A DNA stretch of 64,000 nucleotides from assembly GCA_963674745.2 (NCBI GenBank), contig CAXXDV010000003.1, positions 832,001-896,000 on the forward strand, given 5' to 3'. The translations under genes were made by a program, and so were the position numbers. How positions within the stretch are numbered: the first letter of the stretch is position 1; each line of letters starts with the position of its first letter. The DNA comes from Desulfosudaceae bacterium. GTDB taxonomy: Bacteria > Desulfobacterota > Desulfobacteria > Desulfobacterales > Desulfosudaceae. The notes below the pieces were generated by a model. The model did not search any database, was not told the DNA's origin, and was given only the letters and a program-made list of their open reading frames with translations. This document shows positions 1-9,159 of this stretch, in pieces.

Positions 1-711
1 ATACCAGGCAAACAAAGCGGTTGTCTCCAGTGTGGCAATAAACGTCATGGCGTGCCAGGTGGACAGTGCAGCCAGCAGCGCAAGTGCGGCCGTCACGTAT
101 GCCGAGCGTGAGCCCAGGCGCATGGCGCGAGCCAACAGCCAGAGATGCATGGCGAACAACGGCAGGCTGAAGTCCTCCCGCATGAGAATAAAGCCAATGG
201 TGCGGTAGTTGGCCGTAGTCAATCCGTAAACCAGTGTGGCAAAGGCCGCCCAACCCGGTTTGCCGGTCAGTTCCCGGGTCAGGCCGAACACCCCGATCGC
301 GGTGAGACTGGCAAACAGACTCATTGCCATAACACAGAACACATGAAGCGGCAGATTCCGCCCGAAAAGCCGGTAACTCCAGGCCAGATAAAATTCCTGC
401 CCTACGGTAAACAGGGCCGGCAGATCAACCGCATACGGATGCTCGACGCGATGATCGGCCCGGAAATTATCAGGAGGGAATCCGTTGTTGTCAACAAGAC
501 GGCTGGTCAGGTAAAACAGCAACCCCGGATCCCCCGCCAGTTGGCCTTCGTCATGTTTAACATCAAAACCGGGGGCTGAGCATGTCTGTTGAACACGGAG
601 CAGCGTGCTGCCGGCAATGACCAGCAACAGGACGCAGATGGCGATCCGGGCGGTCCGCGTCTTGTTCTGTCCAAAAATCAACAGATCGTCCTCAGGGGCA
701 TGAAGATGCAT
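1..711 (-). CDS. GT-C fold membrane glycosyltransferase, DPY19/STT3-like (N-terminal part; runs off the window edge)
   Basis: Manual translation from ATG 711 is open to base 1 (237 codons): MHLHAPEDD...TM1...EGQLAGDPGLLFYLT...DHRVEHPYAVDLPALFTVGQEFYLAWSYRLF...YRTIGFILMREDFSLPLFAMHLWLL...LSTWHAMTF; several hydrophobic helices; not in the ORF track. Confidence 0.75.
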   Translation of the reverse strand, partial: MHLHAPEDDLLIFGQNKTRTARIAICVLLLVIAGSTLLRVQQTCSAPGFDVKHDEGQLAGDPGLLFYLTSRLVDNNGFPPDNFRADHRVEHPYAVDLPALFTVGQEFYLAWSYRLFGRNLPLHVFCVMAMSLFASLTAIGVFGLTRELTGKPGWAAFATLVYGLTTANYRTIGFILMREDFSLPLFAMHLWLLARAMRLGSRSAYVTAALALLAALSTWHAMTFIATLETTALFAWY

Positions 712-739
712 GTCTGAATCTGCCGTATACAGAACTGTA

Positions 740-1375
740 TCAGATATCAAAAAAGCTGCCGGCCCCGCCTTCAACATAGATGTCGGCGTGACGCTGGCGG
801 ATTTCAGTTATGTGCTGGGTACAGTGGGTGGGGCAGACCAGGTCCAGCCCGTTCAGTGCGTCAAAATTATCAAAGCCGTGCAGCCCCCCGATCAGTGACG
901 TGACCTTTCCGACTGTACCGGCTGCGGTCAGAATATTTTCCACGCCTGGGTGGGAACATCCGGTAACGACTACCGTCTGGCCTTTCTGCTTGATAACCAG
1001 GGAATGTTCGATCCCAGCCAGGGTGCCGGTAGACCAGATGTTTTCATGGATTTCCTGTGGTTGTTTTCCGATACGCATTTCCGATACGTTTTTCGTCGGC
1101 TGAAACGTGTCGGGCAGGAACCAGGTAGACTGGTTGGCACCGGTGATGGCCTCCAGACCGCCGGTATGGTCCCAGTGATCATGGGAAATAAAAATGTCGG
1201 TAATGTCTTCCGGACGAATCTCAAGGTACTTCATGTTGTTAATCAGTATGCTTCCATTGGCGCCGGTGTCAAAAAGAATCTTCCTGTCAAAGGCTTCTAC
1301 CAGGCAGGCAAATCCCCAGTCTGCCGCCAGACGCCGGTCACGGGTGGTATTATCGTAGATGATGGTGATTTTCAT
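740..1375 (-). CDS. MBL-fold metallo-hydrolase
   Basis: ILFDTG, SHDHWDHTGG (HxHxDH), GCSHPG, GGLH and PTHCT motifs. Confidence 0.9.
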   Translation of the reverse strand: MKITIIYDNTTRDRRLAADWGFACLVEAFDRKILFDTGANGSILINNMKYLEIRPEDITDIFISHDHWDHTGGLEAITGANQSTWFLPDTFQPTKNVSEMRIGKQPQEIHENIWSTGTLAGIEHSLVIKQKGQTVVVTGCSHPGVENILTAAGTVGKVTSLIGGLHGFDNFDALNGLDLVCPTHCTQHITEIRQRHADIYVEGGAGSFFDI

Positions 1376-1451
1376 GGCTGTTTTTTCCCCTTGTTTGTTT
1401 TGACTTTACCTTCTTCCATGCTTAGTATGATCCTCATGGATTGTCAATGTT

Positions 1452-1575
1452 GCTGGCAAAGTAAAAAGTCCAATCTCTGCGTTACGCTTCATCCTTCGGA
1501 ATTTCACGTACTCCTGTGTACGCTGCATTCCTCAGGATTTGCGCGCCTTGATCTTGAACTTTTTACTTTGCCAGC
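1452..1575. mobile_element. MITE/REP-like long hairpin element
   Basis: Perfect 18-bp inverted repeat gctggcaaagtaaaaagt (1452-1469) / actttttactttgccagc (1558-1575) with nested inner stems; intergenic. Confidence 0.65.
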
Positions 1576-1633
1576 CCAGCTTTGACTTTATTTACGAGTG
1601 TTTCAATATCAATACTGAAGACGACTTTTTATA

Positions 1634-2749
1634 ATGAAGATTGCCACTTTATATATCGATCCGGATGCTGAAGGGTACCAGGAGACGGAAAACGTAAGAA
1701 AAAGAATCCACGCGGACAGAGAAATCGTGGCTTCTCCTCATGACGTTTTCAAAGCTGTTTCCCAGGCTGATGATGTGGTCAAAACGGGTAAACAAACGCT
1801 TTTTCTGACCGTCAACAGGGGACCGTTTATCCGGAGATGCCCGGGAACCCGTTATTATCGGTGCTGCGGTTATCAGATTTTAAATATTGCCCGTTTTTGT
1901 ACCATGGACTGCTCTTATTGTATCCTTCAGGCTTATTTTCATCCGCCGCTACTCCAGTATTATGTCAACCAGGAAGATATGGCGCTTGAGCTGAATGCCC
2001 TCTTTGAGAATTCAGACCGGATCATGCGTATCGGTACCGGAGAATTTACCGACAGCTCCATCTGGAACGACTGTACGGATCTGAACCGACGTCTGGTTAC
2101 GATGTTTGCCGCTCAGGACAGCTGTATTCTGGAGATCAAAACAAAAACCGTGAATATTGAACCCCTCCGTGATGTTGCTCATAACCGGAAGACCATTGCC
2201 GCCTGGTCACTGAACACGGAGTTGGTGATCGCCGGTCAGGAACGCGGTTCGGCTTCACTGACCGAGCGACTGGAAGCCGCTGCCGACTGCCAGGCCATGG
2301 GTTACCCCCTGGCTTTTCACTTTGACCCCCTGATTGTCTATGATGGTTGTGAGGATGATTATTCAGGGGTAATCAAACGATTATTCGACGCGGTATCGCC
2401 GGATAATATTGTCTGGATCAGCCTGGGCTCATTTCGTTTCATGCCGGATTTAAAACCCCTCCTCCATCAACGGTTTCCAGATTCAAAAATTATTTACGGT
2501 GAATTCATCACCGGCCTGGACCGGAAAATGCGTTACTTCAAGCCGCTTCGCATCGAGCTTTACCAGTCGATCATTGCCGATATCAGGCGCTATGCCGCGA
2601 ATGTAACGCTCTATTTTTGTATGGAAGATGACGATGTCTGGAAACAATGCCTGGGGTTTGTCCCCGGGGATAAAGGCGGTATCCCGGCTATTCTCGACCG
2701 AAGTGCGGTTATGCACTGCGGTCTGGATCCGCGAAAACTTAACCGTTGA
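1634..2749 (+). CDS. Radical SAM protein, spore photoproduct lyase (SplB)-like family
   Basis: CTMDCSYC (CxxxCxxC), RIGTGEFTDS, EIKTK, AFHFDP, YFCME. Confidence 0.85.
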   Translation: MKIATLYIDPDAEGYQETENVRKRIHADREIVASPHDVFKAVSQADDVVKTGKQTLFLTVNRGPFIRRCPGTRYYRCCGYQILNIARFCTMDCSYCILQAYFHPPLLQYYVNQEDMALELNALFENSDRIMRIGTGEFTDSSIWNDCTDLNRRLVTMFAAQDSCILEIKTKTVNIEPLRDVAHNRKTIAAWSLNTELVIAGQERGSASLTERLEAAADCQAMGYPLAFHFDPLIVYDGCEDDYSGVIKRLFDAVSPDNIVWISLGSFRFMPDLKPLLHQRFPDSKIIYGEFITGLDRKMRYFKPLRIELYQSIIADIRRYAANVTLYFCMEDDDVWKQCLGFVPGDKGGIPAILDRSAVMHCGLDPRKLNR

Positions 2750-2764
2750 AATAAGGAACATCGT

Positions 2765-3379
2765 ATGCTGCCCCAGGTGTATTCGGTTAAATGGAAATCC
2801 TTCTTTCTGGCGTTGCTGGTGGCGTTTTATACCGGCGGCTATCTGGGGATCAACTGGCTTAATGATTATCGGAGCCGTTATTACGATGTTTCCTTGTGGT
2901 TCGAGAAGGATATCCCCTTTGTCCCGTCAATGATTATCGGCTATTCATTTGTGTTTCTTCTGGTGGTCATCCTTTTTCTGGTCATTGACAATATGCCTGA
3001 TTTCTGGGATATCTGCCGCCGTTTTCTGATCATGACGTTGATCTGTTTTGCGATTTTTCTGCTGTTTCCGGTACGCATGAAGTTTCGTCCCGCCGTGGGC
3101 GTGGGGCAAGACTGGATAACCGAACTGGTCAGTTTTTATTTCTGGATGGACAAACCTTATAACCTTTTCCCCTCCATGCATCTGGCGGCTTCCTTTTTTG
3201 TCGCTTTTTATTGTGTGCGCAAGGGGAAGATTATCGGTTGGGTTACAATGACCATGGCGACCGTTGTCGGTGTCTCGGTGGTGCTGCTGAAACAGCATTA
3301 CATAATGGATGTGGTGGCCGGGTTCACGGTGGCCTGGTTCTGTTCGTTTTTTTCATGCAAGTATTTTAAACGCGCATAA
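2765..3379 (+). CDS. PAP2-superfamily membrane protein (IPC-synthase/phosphatase-like)
   Basis: Multi-TM; NLFPSMH and QHYIMDV motifs. Confidence 0.8.
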   Translation: MLPQVYSVKWKSFFLALLVAFYTGGYLGINWLNDYRSRYYDVSLWFEKDIPFVPSMIIGYSFVFLLVVILFLVIDNMPDFWDICRRFLIMTLICFAIFLLFPVRMKFRPAVGVGQDWITELVSFYFWMDKPYNLFPSMHLAASFFVAFYCVRKGKIIGWVTMTMATVVGVSVVLLKQHYIMDVVAGFTVAWFCSFFSCKYFKRA

Positions 3380-3416
3380 AAAAGATTTCCGGATGAGAAG
3401 GCTAAGAAAAAGAGGC

Positions 3417-4301
3417 TCAATCATATCCGAGCTTTTCCAGGATAGGATGAAGTGTGTCATTTAAGATGTTTATGGTTTCCGCTTTAAGTTTCCGTTTATG
3501 ATCACCCGGTGTAACCTGCCTCCTGTGCGAATACACGTTTTGTTCGGCTACCGTAAAATCTGCCTGATCTTTTATCATTTGGATCAAAGCCGGGTTCCCG
3601 TTCAATTCAAGATGCGCCGCGATCCGGTCGAGCCAGTCGGAAAAATTTGAAACCATGTCTTCATATTTCATCAACAGGACATTCGGTTTTCTTTCACTCA
3701 GCAGCTCCCGACAATATGTATCATAAGTCTTTTTAACCGGTTCCATTCGCTGAAGGGCAAACTCGTCGATTGTCATCTGCCTTGCCTGTTGTCTGCTGTT
3801 TACGATTGTCCGGTTAATCAGCTCGTGACTGTACGCGACTGAGAAATAGGAGGATGTCAATACGTCACGGGGATCTCTTAAAAGTAATAGGACAAGGTAT
3901 TTCCCAATATCCGGGATGTTGATCCATCCACCCGAGGGGCCGTAAAGGTAACCCTTATCCTTGAACGCTTTTTCCATAAAAACGGGGTCTGAATACAACT
4001 GATATTTTGCATTGTTGGACAGTGAAAAATAGGAGTTGTAATTTAAATGCATCATTTTTTCATTTTCGGCCAACGTCTTGAGGATACCATTGACATACTG
4101 GGTGGCGCTTTTATTAACGGAGAAGAAAACAATGCTCCGATGTTCACTCTTTGAGATGTCCGCCCCTTTCATCGCCTTTTTTTCATTTCTAAAAGAGAAC
4201 AGTCGTCTTGGCTTGACAGCAAGATTCAACCACAACAGGGGATATTTTTCCCTTGCAAATCGCTGAAGACGGGGGAAAGGTGAAGCGGTCTTCGATGGCA
4301 T
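3417..4301 (-). CDS. Sulfotransferase domain protein
   Basis: KSATQY (5'-PSB-like), RDPRDVLTS (3'-PB), KYEDM, HRRQVTPGDHK. Confidence 0.85.
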   Translation of the reverse strand: MPSKTASPFPRLQRFAREKYPLLWLNLAVKPRRLFSFRNEKKAMKGADISKSEHRSIVFFSVNKSATQYVNGILKTLAENEKMMHLNYNSYFSLSNNAKYQLYSDPVFMEKAFKDKGYLYGPSGGWINIPDIGKYLVLLLLRDPRDVLTSSYFSVAYSHELINRTIVNSRQQARQMTIDEFALQRMEPVKKTYDTYCRELLSERKPNVLLMKYEDMVSNFSDWLDRIAAHLELNGNPALIQMIKDQADFTVAEQNVYSHRRQVTPGDHKRKLKAETINILNDTLHPILEKLGYD

Positions 4302-4426
4302 GGATCAGTCCTTTAACCTATAGCATATTAATAAATATATTTTTCTTAAAACAGAGAAAATATAACACAAAAATCAGATTTTTTTTAAACACAGGATGCC
4401 CTTTATAAGGATTTTTTAGAACCGGT

Positions 4427-5680
4427 TTAACTTTTTTTGTCGTTCGTACCGCTGGTTCGGGGTTTTCTTTTTTGCCGGGATTGTTTTTTGGGGGCAGGAG
4501 ACCGGGGAAGGATCAGCCAGTCCGGGTCCGGCTGGATGCAGGGCAGGGGACGATCCATAAAATCCTCGATGTCCGGGAGGTAAAAAGATTCACGCTCGTC
4601 GGCGAAACTGATCGAGGTGCCGGTTGATCCTGCCCGGCCGGTACGGCCGATGCGATGGACATAGTCTTCCGGATCATGGGGGAGGTTGAAGTTGATGACA
4701 TGGTCCATGTCTTCGATGTGAATCCCCCTGGCCATGACATCGGTTGCCACCAGAATACGTATCTGGCCGGATTTAAAATTTTCCAGGCGTTGGGACCGCT
4801 TCTGCTGGGGCACATCACCGGTCAGTATCTCGCACCTCAGGCCGTATCGTTTTATCTTATCGGCCAGCCGGCTGACCTCATCCTTGCGGTTGCAGAAGAC
4901 CAGTACCCGGGCCAGGTCCTGTTTAACGATGATGTTGTAAAGCAGGGCGAATTTGTTCTGGCTGGTAACGATATAGACGATCTGATCGACGGAATCCACC
5001 GCCACCTGCTCCGGTTCAATGGCTACCTGAACCGGATCATGGGTCCAGCTGGCAGCCAGCCGGGTGATGGCTTCCGTAAGCGTGGCACTGAACAGCATGG
5101 TCTGGCGGCCGGTTTTTTTGGGGGTGGCGTAAACAATCTTGCGGACGTCGGGTATGAACCCCATATCAAGCATGCGGTCGGCTTCGTCAATCACCAGCAC
5201 TTCCACTCTTTTGAGCATCAGCAGGTTTCGCCTCGAGAAATCAAGCAGCCGACCCGGTGTGGCGACGATGATATCCGCCGGGCGACCGGTCAGTTGTTTT
5301 TGCTGCAGTTTAAAATCCATGCCACCGAAGATCGCGAAAATGTTTATGTCGCTGTAAGTGGCGAGTTGACGGGCTTCCTCTGTTATCTGGACAACCAGTT
5401 CCCGGGTGGGCGCCAGGATCAACACCCTGGGGGTTCCCGGTTTCCGTTTACCCTGGATGGGGTCGTTGTGCAGATGGGTCAGTATTGAAATCAGAAAAGC
5501 GGCTGTTTTCCCGGTCCCGGTCTGGGCACGGCCGAAGGCATCCCGTCCCGCCAGAGTGCTGGGCAGAATTTTCGCCTGAATGGGTGTGCAATAAGTAAAA
5601 CCCAGGTCATGGATGGCGTGCATCAAAACTTCGGGAAGGTCAAAATCGTGAAAGCGGGTTTTATCCCGTTCCGGAGGCAC
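4427..5680 (-). CDS. rhlB: DEAD-box ATP-dependent RNA helicase RhlB (true start probably upstream, possibly ATC at 5827)
   Basis: TRFHDF, AQTGTGKT, PTRELV, DEAD, SAT, HRIGRTGRAG; frame stays open upstream to about 5908. Confidence 0.85.
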   Translation of the reverse strand: MPPERDKTRFHDFDLPEVLMHAIHDLGFTYCTPIQAKILPSTLAGRDAFGRAQTGTGKTAAFLISILTHLHNDPIQGKRKPGTPRVLILAPTRELVVQITEEARQLATYSDINIFAIFGGMDFKLQQKQLTGRPADIIVATPGRLLDFSRRNLLMLKRVEVLVIDEADRMLDMGFIPDVRKIVYATPKKTGRQTMLFSATLTEAITRLAASWTHDPVQVAIEPEQVAVDSVDQIVYIVTSQNKFALLYNIIVKQDLARVLVFCNRKDEVSRLADKIKRYGLRCEILTGDVPQQKRSQRLENFKSGQIRILVATDVMARGIHIEDMDHVINFNLPHDPEDYVHRIGRTGRAGSTGTSISFADERESFYLPDIEDFMDRPLPCIQPDPDWLILPRSPAPKKQSRQKRKPRTSGTNDKKS

Positions 5681-5987
5681 TGTAAATTGTGACGGCTGCC
5701 AATGGCCGGAACCCTCATCACTGCTTTCTGCAACCGCTTGATCCGGCGTGGCCGACGCGTCCGGCTCTGAATCGTTTTGTCTTCTTTTACGTCCGGGCTT
5801 TTTTTGAGTGTGTTTCTCTGTTCGGATTTTCTTTAGTCCTTTTAGTTTTAGTTTTTTTCCATTATAACATAACTGATTGAGATAATCGTCACTTATTGAA
5901 ATAATTATTTATCGCCGGTTTTCATAAGACAGGTCGGTTATTCAGATAACATAAATAAAACAGTCCATAAACTAAAATATCCTTTTT

Positions 5988-7643
5988 ATGACGCATCGAT
6001 TATATCTCAAACCCTTTTTCTTGTTTCCGGTCTATTTTATCTTCGCCATTATTCTTACCTGGCCCCTCCTGGCTAATATTTCTACTGTTATCCCCATCGG
6101 CACGGAACGAACCACGACCATACCGCTGTTCGGCCTCTGGACCCTGCTCTGGAACGCGCAGCAGGTTCCCGACCTGTTCCAACACTATTGGAATGCGCCG
6201 ATCTTTTATCCTGTTGAAGGGACATTTGCTTTTTCCGAAACCATGCTGCCTCAGGGCATTGTCTTTGCCGCCGGTGTTTTTCTTATTAATGACCCATTGC
6301 GGGTTTACAATCTCATGCTTTTGTGCTGCCTGGCCTTGAACGGGATGGCCGCTTTCAGTCTCCTGCGCAGAACCGGCACCAGTGATTTTCCGGCCGTTAT
6401 CGCCGGTCTTTTTGTCGTGGCCCTGCCGTATTCAGCCTATGAAATGGGCGTCTGCCAGCTGATCGTTCTGTTTCCGATTTTTTATTTTTTTTCATATTTT
6501 TATCAGTTCAGCCGCAAGCCAACGTTTAAAAACGCTCTTTTGATGGGGCTGTGGGGAGCCTTGTTATCGCTCTCCTGCAGCTACTATGGCCTGTTTCTGT
6601 CTTTTTTTGCCGTTCTGGGGGCGGCTTGTCTTTTTAACCGGACAGTTTTTACCTTCAGGCCGCTTTTTTATCTGGTTTGCGGGGTCTGTCTGGCCGCGTT
6701 GGCCGTGAAGCCGGTTTTGTTCACCCAGCTCAAAATTACGTCCGGCTTTACCCATGGCGCCTCGGTCACACATTTGCAAAGCTGTCGCCCGGCTGATTAC
6801 CTGGCGCTGGCGCCGATTCTTTTTGGTGCTCATTTCCTTCCCTGGCTTGGAGGCAGCAGGGCTCTCCATCCCATGTATCCCGGAACCGGTTTACTGGTTT
6901 TGGCTGTTGCCGGTATCTGGCTGGGCAGGGACAAAGCGCCCCGTTGGGTCCTTTTCTGCACGCTGGGGGTTGTTCTGGCCATGATTTTGAGCATGGCGGG
7001 AAATATCGAAATTGCCGGATGGAACCTGATGAATTTTTTAAAAGGCTTTTTGCCGGGTTTCAAACAATTGCGAAACGCCTTCCGGTTCGGTGTTTTTGTT
7101 CAGATTTTTCTGGTCGGCCTGGCCGGTTTTAGCCTGGAATGGATTTATCGCTCAAGCAGAGGGCGGGGGCCGCTATTGCTGATGCTGATTTTTTTATTAA
7201 GTGTTGTCGAGGTGTTGCCTTTAACCCGGTTAAGGCCTTTGCCGGAATCTACCTTCTCGGCCGATTGGTCGGATTTTCTGGCAAAGCAGCCGGATGGTTC
7301 CGCCGTCATGATTCCAATGGCAGAGGAAAACGAAAGGGTTGACTACAACTATCTACCGATCGTGGTCGGCATGATTCATGCCCTGGATCATGGGAAACCC
7401 TTGTTAAACGGTTTTTCTTCTTTTCGCCCTCCCGAATACCTGGCGCTTAAGGAGACAATAAAACATTTCCCCGCCCCCCCCGGGCCGGGATATTTGTGTG
7501 AACGTGGTGTCGATTATCTTATTGTGGATAAATCGTTTTTAACTGCAGAGATCGTTTCTGACTTAAATCAACGACCGCAGTTCGATCTGCTCTTTGCCGA
7601 TGATAAGATGTCTGTTTACCGGTTAAAATGCCCGGGAAGATGA
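5988..7643 (+). CDS. Polytopic membrane protein, putative GT-C glycosyltransferase
   Basis: More than 10 hydrophobic segments; WNAPIFYP..AFSE loop; C-terminal soluble domain (LLNGFSSF, GVDYLIV). Confidence 0.6.
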   Translation: MTHRLYLKPFFLFPVYFIFAIILTWPLLANISTVIPIGTERTTTIPLFGLWTLLWNAQQVPDLFQHYWNAPIFYPVEGTFAFSETMLPQGIVFAAGVFLINDPLRVYNLMLLCCLALNGMAAFSLLRRTGTSDFPAVIAGLFVVALPYSAYEMGVCQLIVLFPIFYFFSYFYQFSRKPTFKNALLMGLWGALLSLSCSYYGLFLSFFAVLGAACLFNRTVFTFRPLFYLVCGVCLAALAVKPVLFTQLKITSGFTHGASVTHLQSCRPADYLALAPILFGAHFLPWLGGSRALHPMYPGTGLLVLAVAGIWLGRDKAPRWVLFCTLGVVLAMILSMAGNIEIAGWNLMNFLKGFLPGFKQLRNAFRFGVFVQIFLVGLAGFSLEWIYRSSRGRGPLLLMLIFLLSVVEVLPLTRLRPLPESTFSADWSDFLAKQPDGSAVMIPMAEENERVDYNYLPIVVGMIHALDHGKPLLNGFSSFRPPEYLALKETIKHFPAPPGPGYLCERGVDYLIVDKSFLTAEIVSDLNQRPQFDLLFADDKMSVYRLKCPGR

Positions 7644-7662
7644 TTGTCGGTTCGGGGTTCGG

Positions 7663-7687
7663 GTAGGGGCACAGCGGGCCGTGCCCT
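7663..7687 (+). repeat. GTAG REP-like palindrome
   Basis: gtaggggcacagcgggccgtgccct; near-identical copies at 19497, 39845, 52496. Confidence 0.7.
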
Positions 7688-7745
7688 TTTGTCGGGGTTC
7701 AGGGCTCAGTCTTCAGCGCTGGGGAAGGGGAACGGAAAAAGGGCG

Positions 7746-9041
7746 TTATTTGCGGTTGATGCCCAGAATGCTCAAGAAAAAACTGGACAGGATTATCTGA
7801 CATCCCAGTATCATGGCCAGGACGGCCGGAATAACCAGGCGCAGGGTCTGCTGTGGATCCAGGTCGCCAAACGCTTCACTGCCCCAGGTGCCGACGGCAT
7901 ACAGAGAGCCGGCCAGTCCGACGAAAAAAAGGATGCCACCGGTGATAAGACCGCGTTCCAGTGTAAAAATTTTAAAGAGCCGGTTAAAAACGGGATCGGG
8001 GGGCTGAAGGTTTTCCGTCAGAGCGAAAATTTTATAAAATGCGGCAAACAGAATGGATTGAAAACCGATAAACACGGCCGCTGAACAATACAGCAGGGTA
8101 TGGATATCAAAGGTGACGCCCGCGATTGCCCTTGGTCCGGGCAAGAGCCAGAGGCCCGCTACCGCTCCAATGATGAAAAGCAGTATTCCCGGATAGAAAA
8201 AAAGCCATTTTGGACTGTAAAGCAGCATAAACCTTAAATGCCGCCAGCCGTCACGCCAGGTCCGTAAATGCGGCCTCCGGCTCCGTCCGTCCGGGGAGAG
8301 GGTGGTGGGGACTTCCGTAATGCGCATATTCTGAAGCTGCGCCTTGACGATCATTTCGCTGGCAAATTCCATTCCCGTGGTCCGTAGATCCAGCTTTTCG
8401 ATGGCTGTTTTTTTAAATCCTCTCAGACCGCAATGAAAATCACCGATGGGGGCGTTGAAAAACAATCGTCCAATGCCGGTAAGCACCGGATTACCCAGGT
8501 ATTTGTGCAGAAAAGGCATGGCCTGCGGAGAAATACCGCCCTGAAACCGGTTGCCGATCACAAGATCAAACCCTTTACGCAGTTTATCAACAAAACCGGA
8601 CAGCCCTGAGAAATCATAACTTCCGTCAGCATCGCCCATGATAATGAATTCACCGTGAGCGGCTTCAATTCCGCCTGCCAGTGCGCTGCCGTAGCCTTTT
8701 TCCGCTACCTGGACCACGCGCGCGCCGGACCTGGCGGCAATCTCCCGGGAGTCATCAGTGCTGCCGTTGTCCGCGATAATGATTTCACCGTTGATACTGT
8801 TTTCGGAAAGATAGCCACGGGCCTGAGCAATGCAACCGGCCAGCGTTTCCGCTTCATTAAGGCAGGGCATTACGATCGACAGTTCAAGTTTCGTGTCCGC
8901 TTGAGGCACAGGCAACACCAAAGATAAGAAGTTGTTTTTATGATTATTATCAATATCAGTGTCCGCCTCCCAGGTCAATGCTTTTCCCGCATTCGCGTTC
9001 GAGACAAAACCGAACGGCTCGTCTAACGGCCTGAAAACCAT
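7746..9041 (-). CDS. GT2 polyprenyl-phosphate glycosyltransferase (DPM1-like) with C-terminal TM helices
   Basis: SIVMPCLNE, IIADNGSTD, GYGSAL, MGDADGSYD, DFHCGLRGF, MEFASEM, WRDGWRHL. Confidence 0.9.
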   Translation of the reverse strand: MVFRPLDEPFGFVSNANAGKALTWEADTDIDNNHKNNFLSLVLPVPQADTKLELSIVMPCLNEAETLAGCIAQARGYLSENSINGEIIIADNGSTDDSREIAARSGARVVQVAEKGYGSALAGGIEAAHGEFIIMGDADGSYDFSGLSGFVDKLRKGFDLVIGNRFQGGISPQAMPFLHKYLGNPVLTGIGRLFFNAPIGDFHCGLRGFKKTAIEKLDLRTTGMEFASEMIVKAQLQNMRITEVPTTLSPDGRSRRPHLRTWRDGWRHLRFMLLYSPKWLFFYPGILLFIIGAVAGLWLLPGPRAIAGVTFDIHTLLYCSAAVFIGFQSILFAAFYKIFALTENLQPPDPVFNRLFKIFTLERGLITGGILFFVGLAGSLYAVGTWGSEAFGDLDPQQTLRLVIPAVLAMILGCQIILSSFFLSILGINRK

Positions 9042-9159
9042 TGACTCTTTAAGCGCCTCCTGTAATGATCGTCAACAGTAGAAAAACAGCAGTTTGTATT
9101 CGACACCGGGGGCATCTGTCGGGAAACGCTGCTGTGCCATCACTCTGAAAGGAAAAAAT

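Noticed and set aside
145..579. 144-aa plus-strand ORF
   Set aside because: Antisense shadow of the minus-strand GT-C gene at 1-711; no recognisable motifs
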